Shown here: positions 18,435 through 27,742 of the stretch, one piece after another
How positions within the stretch are numbered: the stretch's first letter is position 1
Layout of the letters: each line of letters starts with the position of its first letter
Source of the DNA: Vulcanimicrobiota bacterium
Lineage (GTDB): Bacteria; Vulcanimicrobiota; Xenobia; Xenobiales; JADMJV01
Assembly: GCA_050250895.1 (NCBI GenBank)
Contig: JBFWNU010000005.1
Span: 1-64,000, forward strand
DNA: 64,000 nt
Direction of reading: 5' to 3'
Notes under the pieces: model-generated
What the model saw: only the letters and a program-made list of their open reading frames with translations
The model's database searches: none
Told to the model about the DNA's origin: nothing
Translations under genes and position numbers: made by a program

Positions 18435-19458
18435 GGTAGCGTTCGTCCTCGTCCTCGAAAAGCTCGGCCCCTCCCTGGCGATAGGCCTCGGCCAGTTCCT
18501 CTCGCCCGCGCTGTCGCACTCCAGAGTCATACAAGCTCTGCCCCAGACGCAATCTGAGAAAAGGATCGGCAGAGCCTCCCGGACATCCCAGAGCCGATTC
18601 GAGCACCTCGATGGCTTTGTCGTATTCCCCCGAGCGAAAGGCCACATCTCCGATAGCCGTCAACACCCAGGTGGTTTCCTCGCGCCCGTCGAGCGGCGGC
18701 GGAATCAACTCGTAGGCTTCGGCAAACTTCATCCAGGCCTGCTGCCACTGACGGGATTCGGCCAGTTCATAGCCCTGGTTGCACAGTCGTTCGATTTCTT
18801 CCTCGAGCGCGGAGGGGATCTCGTCAACCCGGGCCTGCAGGCATTGGTGGCACAGTCTGGGCGTGTCGGGAAAGCGCAGGATGGGGCCATCGCACTGCTG
18901 ACAACGACAGGCTTCGCCATCATGAAGGCAGACTCCACACAGTCCGTTCTCATAGCCTTCGACCACCAGGTCGCGACGACCGCAGCGGCGGCAGACCGGA
19001 ATCGCCTCGAGTTCTTCCTGAGCGCTGACCTCGCGCTCGACAAACCAGACGTAGGGCGCGAAGCGCTCGAATTCCTCGCCGCGAAGATGATCGGCGACGA
19101 ATTCGAGGGTGAACCCTCCCAGGCCCCGACCTTTGCTCACCAGGAACCAGTCGGACACTCTCTCGACCCGAAACTCGACCACCTGGCCGGCATGGAGCGA
19201 GCTCTCGAAGGAAGGTTCAGAGGCCAGTCTACCCCGGACGGTGCGTCCGTCGGTCCAAAGCATCCGCAAGAAGAGGTGTTCACCGCTATCGGGCTGGCTG
19301 GGGTCATCGAAGAACGCTTTGAGGGCTGCCTCTTCGAAGGCCGGCCATTGCCGGAAATGCTCGAATTCGGCCTGGCGAGCGAACTCTTCAAACGTAGCCT
19401 GGGCCTCTCGGACGGCTTGCGCCATCTGGGCCCCTTCCGTTTTTTTCCAGTCGATCAT
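18385..19458 (-). CDS. DUF2314-like + Zn-ribbon + TPR fusion protein
   Basis: GEHLFL..VSDW..GGFT; four CxxC; AIGDVAF..PFLRLRLGQ..FEDEDERYL. Confidence 0.75.
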   Translation of the reverse strand: MIDWKKTEGAQMAQAVREAQATFEEFARQAEFEHFRQWPAFEEAALKAFFDDPSQPDSGEHLFLRMLWTDGRTVRGRLASEPSFESSLHAGQVVEFRVERVSDWFLVSKGRGLGGFTLEFVADHLRGEEFERFAPYVWFVEREVSAQEELEAIPVCRRCGRRDLVVEGYENGLCGVCLHDGEACRCQQCDGPILRFPDTPRLCHQCLQARVDEIPSALEEEIERLCNQGYELAESRQWQQAWMKFAEAYELIPPPLDGREETTWVLTAIGDVAFRSGEYDKAIEVLESALGCPGGSADPFLRLRLGQSLYDSGVRQRGREELAEAYRQGGAELFEDEDERYLRELGLDAGPPSGSEA

Positions 19459-19808
19459 TTGGTTTTCTTCTTGATCTCGGCAAGCATCTTGCGGGCCTCT
19501 TCGTCTTTTGGATTTGCCTTGAGCAGGCTTTCGAAGTGGGGACGGGCCTCTTTGTAGAGGCCCTGTTTGTAGAGCGAAATGGCGAGCAGTTGGCGGGCTC
19601 GGATGCGGTCGGCCTTAAGACTCGGTTCGAAAGCCGCGAGCGCTTGCTCGGCCAACTGGGCACTCTGGGCATAGGCGGCCCGTTGCTGGGCCACCCCGGC
19701 CGAGGCCAGGGCCGCCGGACCTGTCAGTAGCCGTAAAGGTAACCCGCTGGCGTGCACTCCCGTGAGCAAAGACGCCAACAACAGCAAAGAAACGGCGGTC
19801 TCTTTCAT
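19455..19808 (-). CDS. Secreted TPR protein
   Basis: Signal-like N-terminus; LAISLYKQGLYKEARPHFE..NPKD. Confidence 0.7.
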   Translation of the reverse strand: MKETAVSLLLLASLLTGVHASGLPLRLLTGPAALASAGVAQQRAAYAQSAQLAEQALAAFEPSLKADRIRARQLLAISLYKQGLYKEARPHFESLLKANPKDEEARKMLAEIKKKTK

Positions 19809-21229
19809 CCGCTAGCCTCCAGGAGCATCTGGTTGAGTCGGCTCCTCTCATCGTCGTTGGTGGCCAGTTCCAGGGCCTTGTTGAGGTCATTGAAGGCATC
19901 ATTGCGCCGACCCTGCTCGAGGGCCAATTTCCCCCGCAGGGCATAAGTCGGGCCGCAGTAGGGGTTGAGGTCGAGACAGGCGGCGAAGTCCAACAGGGCG
20001 GCCTGGGGTCGGCCCGACTCGAGCTCGAGCGCGCTGCGCTCACGCATGGCTGCGTACAGCTTGGGTTGCAGATTCAAAGCTTCGGAATAGTCCTTTAGTG
20101 CCGCCGGTCGATCCCCCAGGCGAGCGCGGATGCGGGCGCGCAAGTGATAGGCCTCGGCGCTGCGGCGTCGCCCCAGTTCAGCCGTGGCCAGTTCCAGAGC
20201 TTCTTCATCGCGGCCCTCGGCGAAAGCCACCTGGGCTTGTTGGAAAGTCACCGAACCCAACAGCGGATACTCCGAGCAACGTCGCAGCACAGCCTGAGCG
20301 GCCCGGGTGATTTCTGATTCGTTGCGCGACACCAGCCCGGTGCGCACAGCCGTCTCGAGGTCGCCCAGCATGCGAAACATGAGGGGGCGGGTGGTAAGGT
20401 AGAACGATTCAGGCATCTGCTCGGAAGAGACCTGGGCTCTGGCTACCAGGGCCGGCAACTCGGTCAACTCGACGGCCCGTTTACCCAGGGCTGCTTCGAG
20501 TCGCGACCGGTCCAGCCCGGCGCCCTCGAGCTGGGCGATGGTCGCCTGACGCAGGAGTTTGTCGTCTTCGTTGGGGCGTCCAGCGTCGATGCGAGCGATG
20601 GTGTAGAGGCCGGCAAACAGGCCTCCGTCGAGGTCGAGCAGGGCCTGCAGACCGGCCAATCTGGCCACGAAACGGTCTTCGCCGGCCGGGCACGCTTTGC
20701 GCGCCTCGCCCAACACCCGGAAAGCCTGCAACTCTTTACCCGCGAGCATGAAAGCCTCGGCGGCCAGCAGCCAGGGCTCGGGCTTTTTCTGGTCGGCGGC
20801 GGCTTTGGCCAGTTCGCGTCCCAGGTCAGCCAGGCCCAACAGGTCGTTGCCCTTGCACAGGTCGTAGAAGCGCTGATCATGTTCGCCGCGCGATTTTTCG
20901 CGAACAATCGGGGCCGAGCGCGTCATGCCGAGATATACCAGTCCGGTCAGTGCTCCGCAGGCGCCGCCCAGCCCGAGGCTGACCAGGGGAGCGGGATCGC
21001 TAAGGTGGAGCAAGCTAAAGACCGCCAGCGAGACCATCAGACCCAGGGCCGCCGCCTGAGCGTGGGCCAGCCTTCTTCTGAGGGCGAGCTTGAGCACGGC
21101 CCAGGCGACCAGCCAGGCGAGCGCCCACGCCAACACTTCGGCCGGGCCGCCGACCGGCCACACCGCCACCATGGCGCTTGCGAAGGCCCCGGTGCCACAC
21201 CAGGCCAGGAACTGCATCAGACGGGACAA
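19805..21229 (-). CDS. Membrane protein with C-terminal TPR repeats
   Basis: About 4 N-terminal TM helices; AEAYHLRA..ALKDYSEAL and similar TPR units. Confidence 0.8.
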   Translation of the reverse strand: MSRLMQFLAWCGTGAFASAMVAVWPVGGPAEVLAWALAWLVAWAVLKLALRRRLAHAQAAALGLMVSLAVFSLLHLSDPAPLVSLGLGGACGALTGLVYLGMTRSAPIVREKSRGEHDQRFYDLCKGNDLLGLADLGRELAKAAADQKKPEPWLLAAEAFMLAGKELQAFRVLGEARKACPAGEDRFVARLAGLQALLDLDGGLFAGLYTIARIDAGRPNEDDKLLRQATIAQLEGAGLDRSRLEAALGKRAVELTELPALVARAQVSSEQMPESFYLTTRPLMFRMLGDLETAVRTGLVSRNESEITRAAQAVLRRCSEYPLLGSVTFQQAQVAFAEGRDEEALELATAELGRRRSAEAYHLRARIRARLGDRPAALKDYSEALNLQPKLYAAMRERSALELESGRPQAALLDFAACLDLNPYCGPTYALRGKLALEQGRRNDAFNDLNKALELATNDDERSRLNQMLLEASG

Positions 21230-21557
21230 GATCGACGCCTCCAGATGGCGGCTTCGAGTTTGGCCGCACCGCTCCTGGTTGACTGAGCCACCAGTGATGT
21301 AACTGGCTGGCTCGTTGGTATTCGGCCAGGTGGCCCCGCTCGAGCCAATGCTCGAAGGCCGTCAGACGCGCCCTTTCGGCCTCGAAAGCGGGTTCCTGGG
21401 GCAGGCGGCGCTGGCGGCCCCAGTCAAGAATCTGGCGACAGTGAGCCGGCGAAGCTCCGGAGGCGATCAGGCAATCGAGCATCTGTCCCAGTTGGCGGGA
21501 TTCACTCAGGAGTTCGGCCGGGGGAGAGAGCAGCACGAGAATTATCAGAATGTTCAT
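21015..21557 (-). CDS. Hypothetical protein (3' end uncertain; overlaps the next gene by ~215 nt)
   Basis: Hydrophobic N-terminus; CAGGCT-N6-ATG upstream. Confidence 0.35.
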   Translation of the reverse strand: MNILIILVLLSPPAELLSESRQLGQMLDCLIASGASPAHCRQILDWGRQRRLPQEPAFEAERARLTAFEHWLERGHLAEYQRASQLHHWWLSQPGAVRPNSKPPSGGVDLVPSDAVPGLVWHRGLRKRHGGGVAGRRPGRSVGVGARLAGRLGRAQARPQKKAGPRSGGGPGSDGLAGGL

Positions 21558-21690
21558 GGTTTTAGCCTGCGCTCTCGAGATGGCCGGGCTGTAGCCGAAC
21601 TGTTAGCATCCCTTTTCCGCGATCTTACCGTTTGATGAACAGCCAACGAACAGAGCAGGGGACCGACCCTGGCGAGCGCAATTGGTGGAC

Positions 21691-22791
21691 ATGAGCAGCC
21701 AGGACGAGACGACTTGCGTCGAGGGCACCGAGCTCGAGTTCGTCGACCAGAGTGATCGCAGTTTCGAGGGACAGACGGTGGCCGGCTATCGACTCGAACA
21801 GGTGGTGGGACGGGGCGGTTTCGGTCGCGTCTATCGCGCTGGTGACCAGCACGGCAAGGTCTGGGCCGCCAAAGAGCTGCTCATGACCTCGGACGAAGCC
21901 GACGGCACGGCCCAGTCGCGGGTGCGCCAGACCCTCGAGCGCGAGCAGAAGATACTCTCCTGGTTGTCTCACGAGGGTATCGTGACGCGCAAAGAAGCCC
22001 TCTTCGAGCATGACCGCATCTTCTTGATCATGGAATACCTCGAGGGAGCCAATCTGCGCGACCGGTTGGCCGAATCCGAACTCTCGATGCCCCAGGGAGC
22101 CGTGCTCGAACTGGGTCTTCAGCTGGCCGAGGTGTTGGGCTACCTGCACGCCCAGAAGCCCTACCCGATCGTCTTTAGCGACCTCAAGCCGGCCAATCTG
22201 ATGCTCACCGCCGAGGGAAAGGTAAAGTTGATCGATTTCGGGATCGCTCGCCTGGCCACCCCGCGCGAGGAGGGGCTGCCGGCCATGGGCACTCCCGGGT
22301 ACGCAGCCCCCGAGCAGTACGGCGGCGATTTCGACGTGCGCGCCGACATCTATGCCCTGGGGGTGGTCATGCACAACCTGCTGACGCGTCAAGAGCCCCG
22401 CCTGCTGAAGCTTCCCCTGCCTCGGGTGGGAGCTTATGCCACGGCCGTGGACCGTGACCTGGAGGCGGTCATTTCCCGGGCTACCCAGGTCGACCCCGAG
22501 CAGCGGTTTTCTTCCGTTCGTCTCATGGCCCGGGCCCTCGAGGATGTGCTCGAGAAATGGCGACGAAACCGAGCCGAGTTGCGCGGTGAGCTGGTTGCCT
22601 GGTCCGGCCTCGAGGCCAGCCGTGCGCGATTGGCCTCGGCCATTGATGAGAGCGTCAACGAGGTGAATCGTAACCGGGCCGACCGAGCCAAGCCCCTGCT
22701 GCCCGACCCCAAGGTCGTACGCCGCTGGCAGTGGGGTCTGGCTCTGGGCGGAGCCCTGGCGCTGCTGGCCTATGTGATGAGCCAACTTTGA
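21691..22791 (+). CDS. Hanks-type Ser/Thr protein kinase with C-terminal TM helix
   Basis: GRGGFGRVY, AAKE, DLKPAN, IDFG, GTPGYAAPEQ and DIYALG. Confidence 0.93.
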   Translation: MSSQDETTCVEGTELEFVDQSDRSFEGQTVAGYRLEQVVGRGGFGRVYRAGDQHGKVWAAKELLMTSDEADGTAQSRVRQTLEREQKILSWLSHEGIVTRKEALFEHDRIFLIMEYLEGANLRDRLAESELSMPQGAVLELGLQLAEVLGYLHAQKPYPIVFSDLKPANLMLTAEGKVKLIDFGIARLATPREEGLPAMGTPGYAAPEQYGGDFDVRADIYALGVVMHNLLTRQEPRLLKLPLPRVGAYATAVDRDLEAVISRATQVDPEQRFSSVRLMARALEDVLEKWRRNRAELRGELVAWSGLEASRARLASAIDESVNEVNRNRADRAKPLLPDPKVVRRWQWGLALGGALALLAYVMSQL

Positions 22792-22884
22792 GAGGGGAGC
22801 GCTGGCGGACGCACGGCATCCTGTGGCCCGCTTCGGGGCAGAGGGGAGCGAGGTTCGCGCCCGATCGGTCCCGAAGGGGCGGTC

Positions 22885-24780
22885 ATGCATCCCCTTCAAG
22901 TCTTGCACGAACGCTTCACATACAGCCACTTTCGGGCCGGCCAACTCGAGGTGATCCACTCGTTGCTCGCCGGCCACAGTGCGGCCGCCGTCTTTCCCAC
23001 GGGGGCCGGCAAGTCGCTGTGCTATCAGCTACCGGCTTTAATGTGGCCGGGCCTGACGTTGGTAGTCAGTCCGCTCATCGCCTTGATGAAGGACCAGATC
23101 GACGCCCTGGTCGCTCGCGGCATCGCCGCTGCGCGGCTCGATTCGAGCCTGGACCTCGAGCAGTATCGAGAGACGATGCAGGCCGCCGCCGATGGCCGGC
23201 TGCGGTTGCTCTATGTGGCCCCCGAGCGTTTCAACAACGAGCGTTTTCGGCAGTCGCTAAAGCAGCTCGACATCGAGTTGTTTGCTGTCGACGAGGCCCA
23301 CTGCGTGTCGGAATGGGGGCACAATTTTCGGCCCGACTACCTCAAGTTGGCCGGTTACGCTCGGGATTTCCAGGCACGACGCGTGTTGGCCCTGACCGCC
23401 ACCGCCACTCCCCAGGTGCTCGAAGACATCTGCCAGTGCTTTTCCATCTCGCCCGAGCATACGGTGCGCACACCGTTTCATCGTCCTAACCTCACCTTGA
23501 GGGCTCGGCCGGTCGCCAGCCAGCACCACAAGCAACTGGCCCTCATCGAGGGTCTGCGGGGGCGCCCCGAGGGTCCCACCATCGTCTACGTTACCTTGCA
23601 GCGCACCGCCGAGTCGGTGGCCGGCTGGCTCGAGCAGGCCGGTTTCGCGGCTCGGCCTTACCATGCCGGTCTTGACAACGAGGTCCGGGCCGAGACCCAG
23701 GAGTGGTTCCTGGCCAGCCCCGACGGCATCGTGGTGGCTACCATCGCCTTCGGGATGGGCATCGACAAATCAGACATCCGTTACGTGTACCACTATGACC
23801 CTCCCAAGAGTCTGGAGAATTACGCCCAGGAAATCGGCCGGGCGGGACGTGACGGAGAGCCCTCCACCTGCGAGATGCTCCTCTACGAGCCTGACCGCAT
23901 TCCCCTCGAGAACTTCGTCTATGGCGACACTCCGACCCTCGACGCCATCACCAGCTTATTGGGTGAACTCTTCGGGGGGGCTGACGAATTGGTGCTCAAT
24001 CTTTACGCCCTCTCGACCCACCATGATATCCGACCCCTGGTGCTGCGCACGTTGCTGACCTATCTCGAGTTGGAGGGTTATCTCGAGGGGCTGACGCCGA
24101 TCTACTCCAGCTATCGCTTCAAGCCGCTGATCAGCTCGCAAGAGATGCTCGGGCATTTCGAGGGCGAGCGTCGCGAGTTCTTGACGGCTTTGTTTCGCCT
24201 GGCCGTACGCAAACGCACCTGGTGCGACATCAGCATCGAGACGGCGTGTCAAAGGCTCGAGTGCGGGCGCGACCGAGTGGTGGCGGCCATGGATTATCTG
24301 GCCCAGCAGGGGTGGCTCGAACTCAAAGTGGCCGATCTGCGCCATCGCTACCGCCTCTTGAGGCGACCCGGACCCGAGCTGGCCAAAACTCTCCACCAGA
24401 GGGCCCTGGCTCGGGAACGAGCCGAGCTTGAGCGTCTCGACCAGGTCATCGCCCTGGCCCGAGCCCAGGAGTGCCGGGTGGCCCTCTTGAGTGCCCACTT
24501 CGGCGAGGCGGTCGAGCCGCCTTGCGGCCACTGCTGCTGGTGTCTGGGCGAGGCGATCCAGGCACCCGACCAGGATCAGACTCGCCCCGCACTCGATCTG
24601 GAAGGCTTGCCAGAGGCGCTACGCACTCCACGTGAGGTGGCCCGCTTTCTGTGCGGAGTCACCTCACCGGCCCTTTCGCGGGCAGGTCTGACCAAGCATC
24701 CACGCTTCGGCGAGGCGGCCGGGGTGTCTTTTGGTCACATCCTGGCCAGCTTTCAGGAGACTTTCACGCCGACCGTCTAA
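22885..24780 (+). CDS. recQ: RecQ-family DNA helicase (second copy)
   Basis: FPTGAGKS, DEAHCVSEWGHNFRPDY, YAQEIGRAGRDG and CGHCCWC. Confidence 0.92.
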   Translation: MHPLQVLHERFTYSHFRAGQLEVIHSLLAGHSAAAVFPTGAGKSLCYQLPALMWPGLTLVVSPLIALMKDQIDALVARGIAAARLDSSLDLEQYRETMQAAADGRLRLLYVAPERFNNERFRQSLKQLDIELFAVDEAHCVSEWGHNFRPDYLKLAGYARDFQARRVLALTATATPQVLEDICQCFSISPEHTVRTPFHRPNLTLRARPVASQHHKQLALIEGLRGRPEGPTIVYVTLQRTAESVAGWLEQAGFAARPYHAGLDNEVRAETQEWFLASPDGIVVATIAFGMGIDKSDIRYVYHYDPPKSLENYAQEIGRAGRDGEPSTCEMLLYEPDRIPLENFVYGDTPTLDAITSLLGELFGGADELVLNLYALSTHHDIRPLVLRTLLTYLELEGYLEGLTPIYSSYRFKPLISSQEMLGHFEGERREFLTALFRLAVRKRTWCDISIETACQRLECGRDRVVAAMDYLAQQGWLELKVADLRHRYRLLRRPGPELAKTLHQRALARERAELERLDQVIALARAQECRVALLSAHFGEAVEPPCGHCCWCLGEAIQAPDQDQTRPALDLEGLPEALRTPREVARFLCGVTSPALSRAGLTKHPRFGEAAGVSFGHILASFQETFTPTV

Positions 24781-24783
24781 GCT
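24752..24783 (+). promoter_or_regulatory. TTCAG-N6-TTCAC-N10-TAAGCT, 7 nt before ATG 24791
   Basis: Read directly; lies in the last codons of recQ. Confidence 0.7.
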
Positions 24784-24790
24784 ATCCGCC

Positions 24791-26374
24791 ATGGATGTCT
24801 TTTTGCGCGGGCTCGAGCGGCGGGCTTTCGAAGGCTATGGCGACACCTCGTATTGGTCGCGCGAGGCCAAGGAACTGGCCGTCGAGGCGGCCGCCTTCGC
24901 GGCCCGCAAGACCGCCGAGCTGAGGGCCGACGAGGTTTACACGCCGGCACAGGCTGAGGATGCCCTGACCCAACTGAGGGCCGAGGAATCGCGCTTCAAA
25001 GGCACCGCTCACCGCCTGGCCTTTGATGGCTATGGCGACACCTCTTATTGGTCGCGCCGCACCAAGGAGCTGGCTCTGGCCACGGCGGCCCACTGCTGCT
25101 TGACGGCCAGCCTTTGTGATGGACCGATGCTGGCCGCCCTCGGATCGACCCTCGACACCAGCCTGGCACGATCCCACGACACGGCCTTCAACGGCCACGG
25201 TGACGTGAGTTATTGGAGCCAGCGGGCCAAGCGGCTGGCTGGCGAACAAGCTCCCGAGTTGCCTGCCGAGCTAGCCGGCCTTACCCGGGGACAGGCCACC
25301 CCCACCAGCCAGGTGGTCGAGCTCAATCGCGACTTGCTCGAGGGATTGACCCGCGAGACCTTCGGACCCACTGGCGACACGGGCTTCTGGTCGCGCCAGA
25401 CTAAGGAGCTCGCCTTTCGCTCGGCCGCTCACGCCGCCCAGCTCGGCATGTTGGCGGCGGCCAAGAAGAGCCACTCGTCAACCCGGCGAACGCAAGCCGT
25501 CGAGCAGTTTGCCCAGCTGGCCCAGGAGCGAGGTCAGGCGCTCCAAGATAAGGCCTGGTCAAGCACCGGAGACACCTCGCACTGGTCCAAGCGCTCCAAG
25601 CATCTGGCTCTGGACGTGGCCTGCGCGGTCAACGAACTGGTGGAGAGCTGCGACGGGTCGATGGCCGAAACGGTCAGGCCGCTGCTCGAGTCGACCCTGA
25701 CCGAGGCCCGCGAGGTGGCCTTCGATGGGCACGGCGATGTGCGTTACTGGAGTCAGCGAGCCAAGCGCATGGCGGCACTTTCCCGCACCGCCCTGGAAGA
25801 AGCGGCGGTCGAAGTGCGAGCCCGCCAGGCCGCCACTCCCCGCGGCTATCTCGAGGCCTCGGTGGCGGGATTGACCCAGCTGTCTTCGGTTCGCCAGGCG
25901 GAAAAGCAAGGCATTCAAGGTCAGCTTGACGACCTCGGCCGGGTGGCCGCCGCCAATCAACCCCGCCGCGCCCAGCTGGTCAAACGCCACGAGCTACTGC
26001 GCAAAGTGGGCATGGGTGGCGCCCTGGCGACGGTGATCGGGTTTGGTTGTCAGTCGATTTCCCCCTGGTTCTTGGGGCTGGCCGGTGTGGGGGCCGTGGC
26101 CGCCGTGGGCAGCGTGCTGGGGCTTTCCTCCATCAAGTCCGAGCTGGCCAACCTGGCGGTGGGAAAAGGCGACAAAGACCTGCTCGAGCGCCGGCGCCAA
26201 CTCGTCGACCTCGAACTCGGTCGCCTCGACCGTCGTCTTGAGGAGCAGAATCAGGCTCTCTCGGTGCATCAGTTGGCCGACGCCCTGACCGCCCCGGCCG
26301 GCCCGACCAAACTCGAGTTTGGCGATGAAGAGATCCTGATCGGTGACATCGCCGTGGAACGCAACCTGGGTTAA
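24791..26374 (+). CDS. Repeat protein: six (F/W)xxxGD(T/V)x(Y/F/H)WS..K..A units, coiled coil, hydrophobic hairpin, acidic C-terminal tail
   Basis: Repeats visible in the translation; TM pair GMGGALATVIGF / WFLGLAGVGAVAAVGSVLG. Confidence 0.8.
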   Translation: MDVFLRGLERRAFEGYGDTSYWSREAKELAVEAAAFAARKTAELRADEVYTPAQAEDALTQLRAEESRFKGTAHRLAFDGYGDTSYWSRRTKELALATAAHCCLTASLCDGPMLAALGSTLDTSLARSHDTAFNGHGDVSYWSQRAKRLAGEQAPELPAELAGLTRGQATPTSQVVELNRDLLEGLTRETFGPTGDTGFWSRQTKELAFRSAAHAAQLGMLAAAKKSHSSTRRTQAVEQFAQLAQERGQALQDKAWSSTGDTSHWSKRSKHLALDVACAVNELVESCDGSMAETVRPLLESTLTEAREVAFDGHGDVRYWSQRAKRMAALSRTALEEAAVEVRARQAATPRGYLEASVAGLTQLSSVRQAEKQGIQGQLDDLGRVAAANQPRRAQLVKRHELLRKVGMGGALATVIGFGCQSISPWFLGLAGVGAVAAVGSVLGLSSIKSELANLAVGKGDKDLLERRRQLVDLELGRLDRRLEEQNQALSVHQLADALTAPAGPTKLEFGDEEILIGDIAVERNLG

Positions 26375-26448
26375 CACCTGGTTCGTCGCCCGGCGCTCTA
26401 GCGCTCGCCTCCGGGAGTTTGGCCGGTTGGTGACGAAGTAGTGGTCCG

Positions 26449-27036
26449 ATGACTTTGATCAGCGTTCAACCGCGGCGATTTAGTCGCGAAGAGTATCACC
26501 GAATGGGTGAGGCCGGGCTTTTTCGGGGGGAAAGGGTCGAACTGATCAAAGGGGCAGTGGTGGCGATGAGCCCCCACGATCCGCTCCATGCCGGCGCCGT
26601 GGAGAACGCCTCCACGGTCTTGAATCGGCTTTTAGGGAGCGCCTATGTCGTGAGAGTGCAATTGCCGATGGTGGCTCCCGACGACTCCGAACCCGAACCC
26701 GATTTGCTTTTATTGACTCACGAGCAAGCTCGTCAGTTCAGGCGAGAACGCCGTCATCCGGATGGGGCCGTGCTGGTGGTCGAGGTGTCCAGGACCTCGC
26801 TAGACTACGACCGTCTCGAGAAATCCAGTCTCTATGCCGAAACCGGCGTGGCCGAGTTTTGGATTATCAACCTCGTCGACATGGTGGTCGAGACCAGTCG
26901 CCAGCCCGCGCGTGACCCCGCAGCCCGACTGGGCTGGTGCTATCGCGAGACGGCGGTCCTGGGGCCCGACGAGGTCCTCTCGTTCGACGGTGTGTCGATT
27001 CCCGTGGGGGGGCTGTTCGCCGACCTCAACGCTTAG
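26449..27036 (+). CDS. Uma2-family endonuclease-like protein
   Basis: RVELIKG, SEPEPDL, LVVEVS..SLDYDR..K..LYA..GVAEFWIINL. Confidence 0.9.
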   Translation: MTLISVQPRRFSREEYHRMGEAGLFRGERVELIKGAVVAMSPHDPLHAGAVENASTVLNRLLGSAYVVRVQLPMVAPDDSEPEPDLLLLTHEQARQFRRERRHPDGAVLVVEVSRTSLDYDRLEKSSLYAETGVAEFWIINLVDMVVETSRQPARDPAARLGWCYRETAVLGPDEVLSFDGVSIPVGGLFADLNA

Positions 27037-27704
27037 GCTACCGCCTGAAAAGCGCTCTCTTGCAACCTTTGGCTGAGCAGTTGGTGGGCCGAGGGCGAGA
27101 GGCGCTCGGCCCAGGGCAGATAGAATTCGGCGGTCTGGGCACGGTAACGCGTCTTCTTGGGTTCGGGCATCACCGCCAGGTCGGCGGTGTTGTCGAGGCG
27201 GTCGGCCAGTTTGAGCACCAGTACCTGGTCGGGAGCCCGGTCGCGCAGACCCTCGAGAAAGATGCGATCGCGTTCTTCGCCTGATTGCCCCGGGGCTCTA
27301 GCAGGCTTGCTGGCCCAGTCTACCAGTTCGGCCACTTGCGCGCCGAACTGCGAGCGCACCTGGGCGAGAGTGACGGGTGTATCCTCGACCACATCGTGGA
27401 GGAGCGCGGCCGCCAGTAAGTCGGGGTCGCGCACGCCGAAGCGGTCGATCAGTTCGAGAGTGACTCGGGTGGGATGGTGGATGTAGGCGCTTCCGTCTTC
27501 GCGCTTTTGCGAGGCGTGGGCCCTGGCGGCTAGCTGGTAAGCGCGCTGGAGGGTGGGCAGGAGCGGGGCCAGTTCGCGCCGCTGGCAGGCCTGTTCCAGG
27601 CTCGACCAGCCCGGCAACCAGGCCTGCGGGACAGAGGCGGCGGCTGGGTGGGGACCAGCATAGCGGACGACTTTGGGAAGGGCGATGGCTCCGATACCGA
27701 CCAT
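27033..27704 (-). CDS. HD-domain (p)ppGpp hydrolase-like protein (small alarmone hydrolase/Mesh1-like) with N-terminal extension
   Basis: AHASQKR.DG..YI.HP, AALLHDVVEDT and KLADRLDN. Confidence 0.85.
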   Translation of the reverse strand: MVGIGAIALPKVVRYAGPHPAAASVPQAWLPGWSSLEQACQRRELAPLLPTLQRAYQLAARAHASQKREDGSAYIHHPTRVTLELIDRFGVRDPDLLAAALLHDVVEDTPVTLAQVRSQFGAQVAELVDWASKPARAPGQSGEERDRIFLEGLRDRAPDQVLVLKLADRLDNTADLAVMPEPKKTRYRAQTAEFYLPWAERLSPSAHQLLSQRLQESAFQAVA

Positions 27705-27710
27705 CCCTCT

Positions 27711-27742
27711 ACTCTAGGTCGGCGAGCTGAAGAGTTCCTGAA
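27711..27742 (-). promoter_or_regulatory. TTCAG-N6-TTCAG-N10-TAGAGT, 6 nt before ATG 27704
   Basis: Read directly on the minus strand; lies in the last codons of the aminotransferase. Confidence 0.75.
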
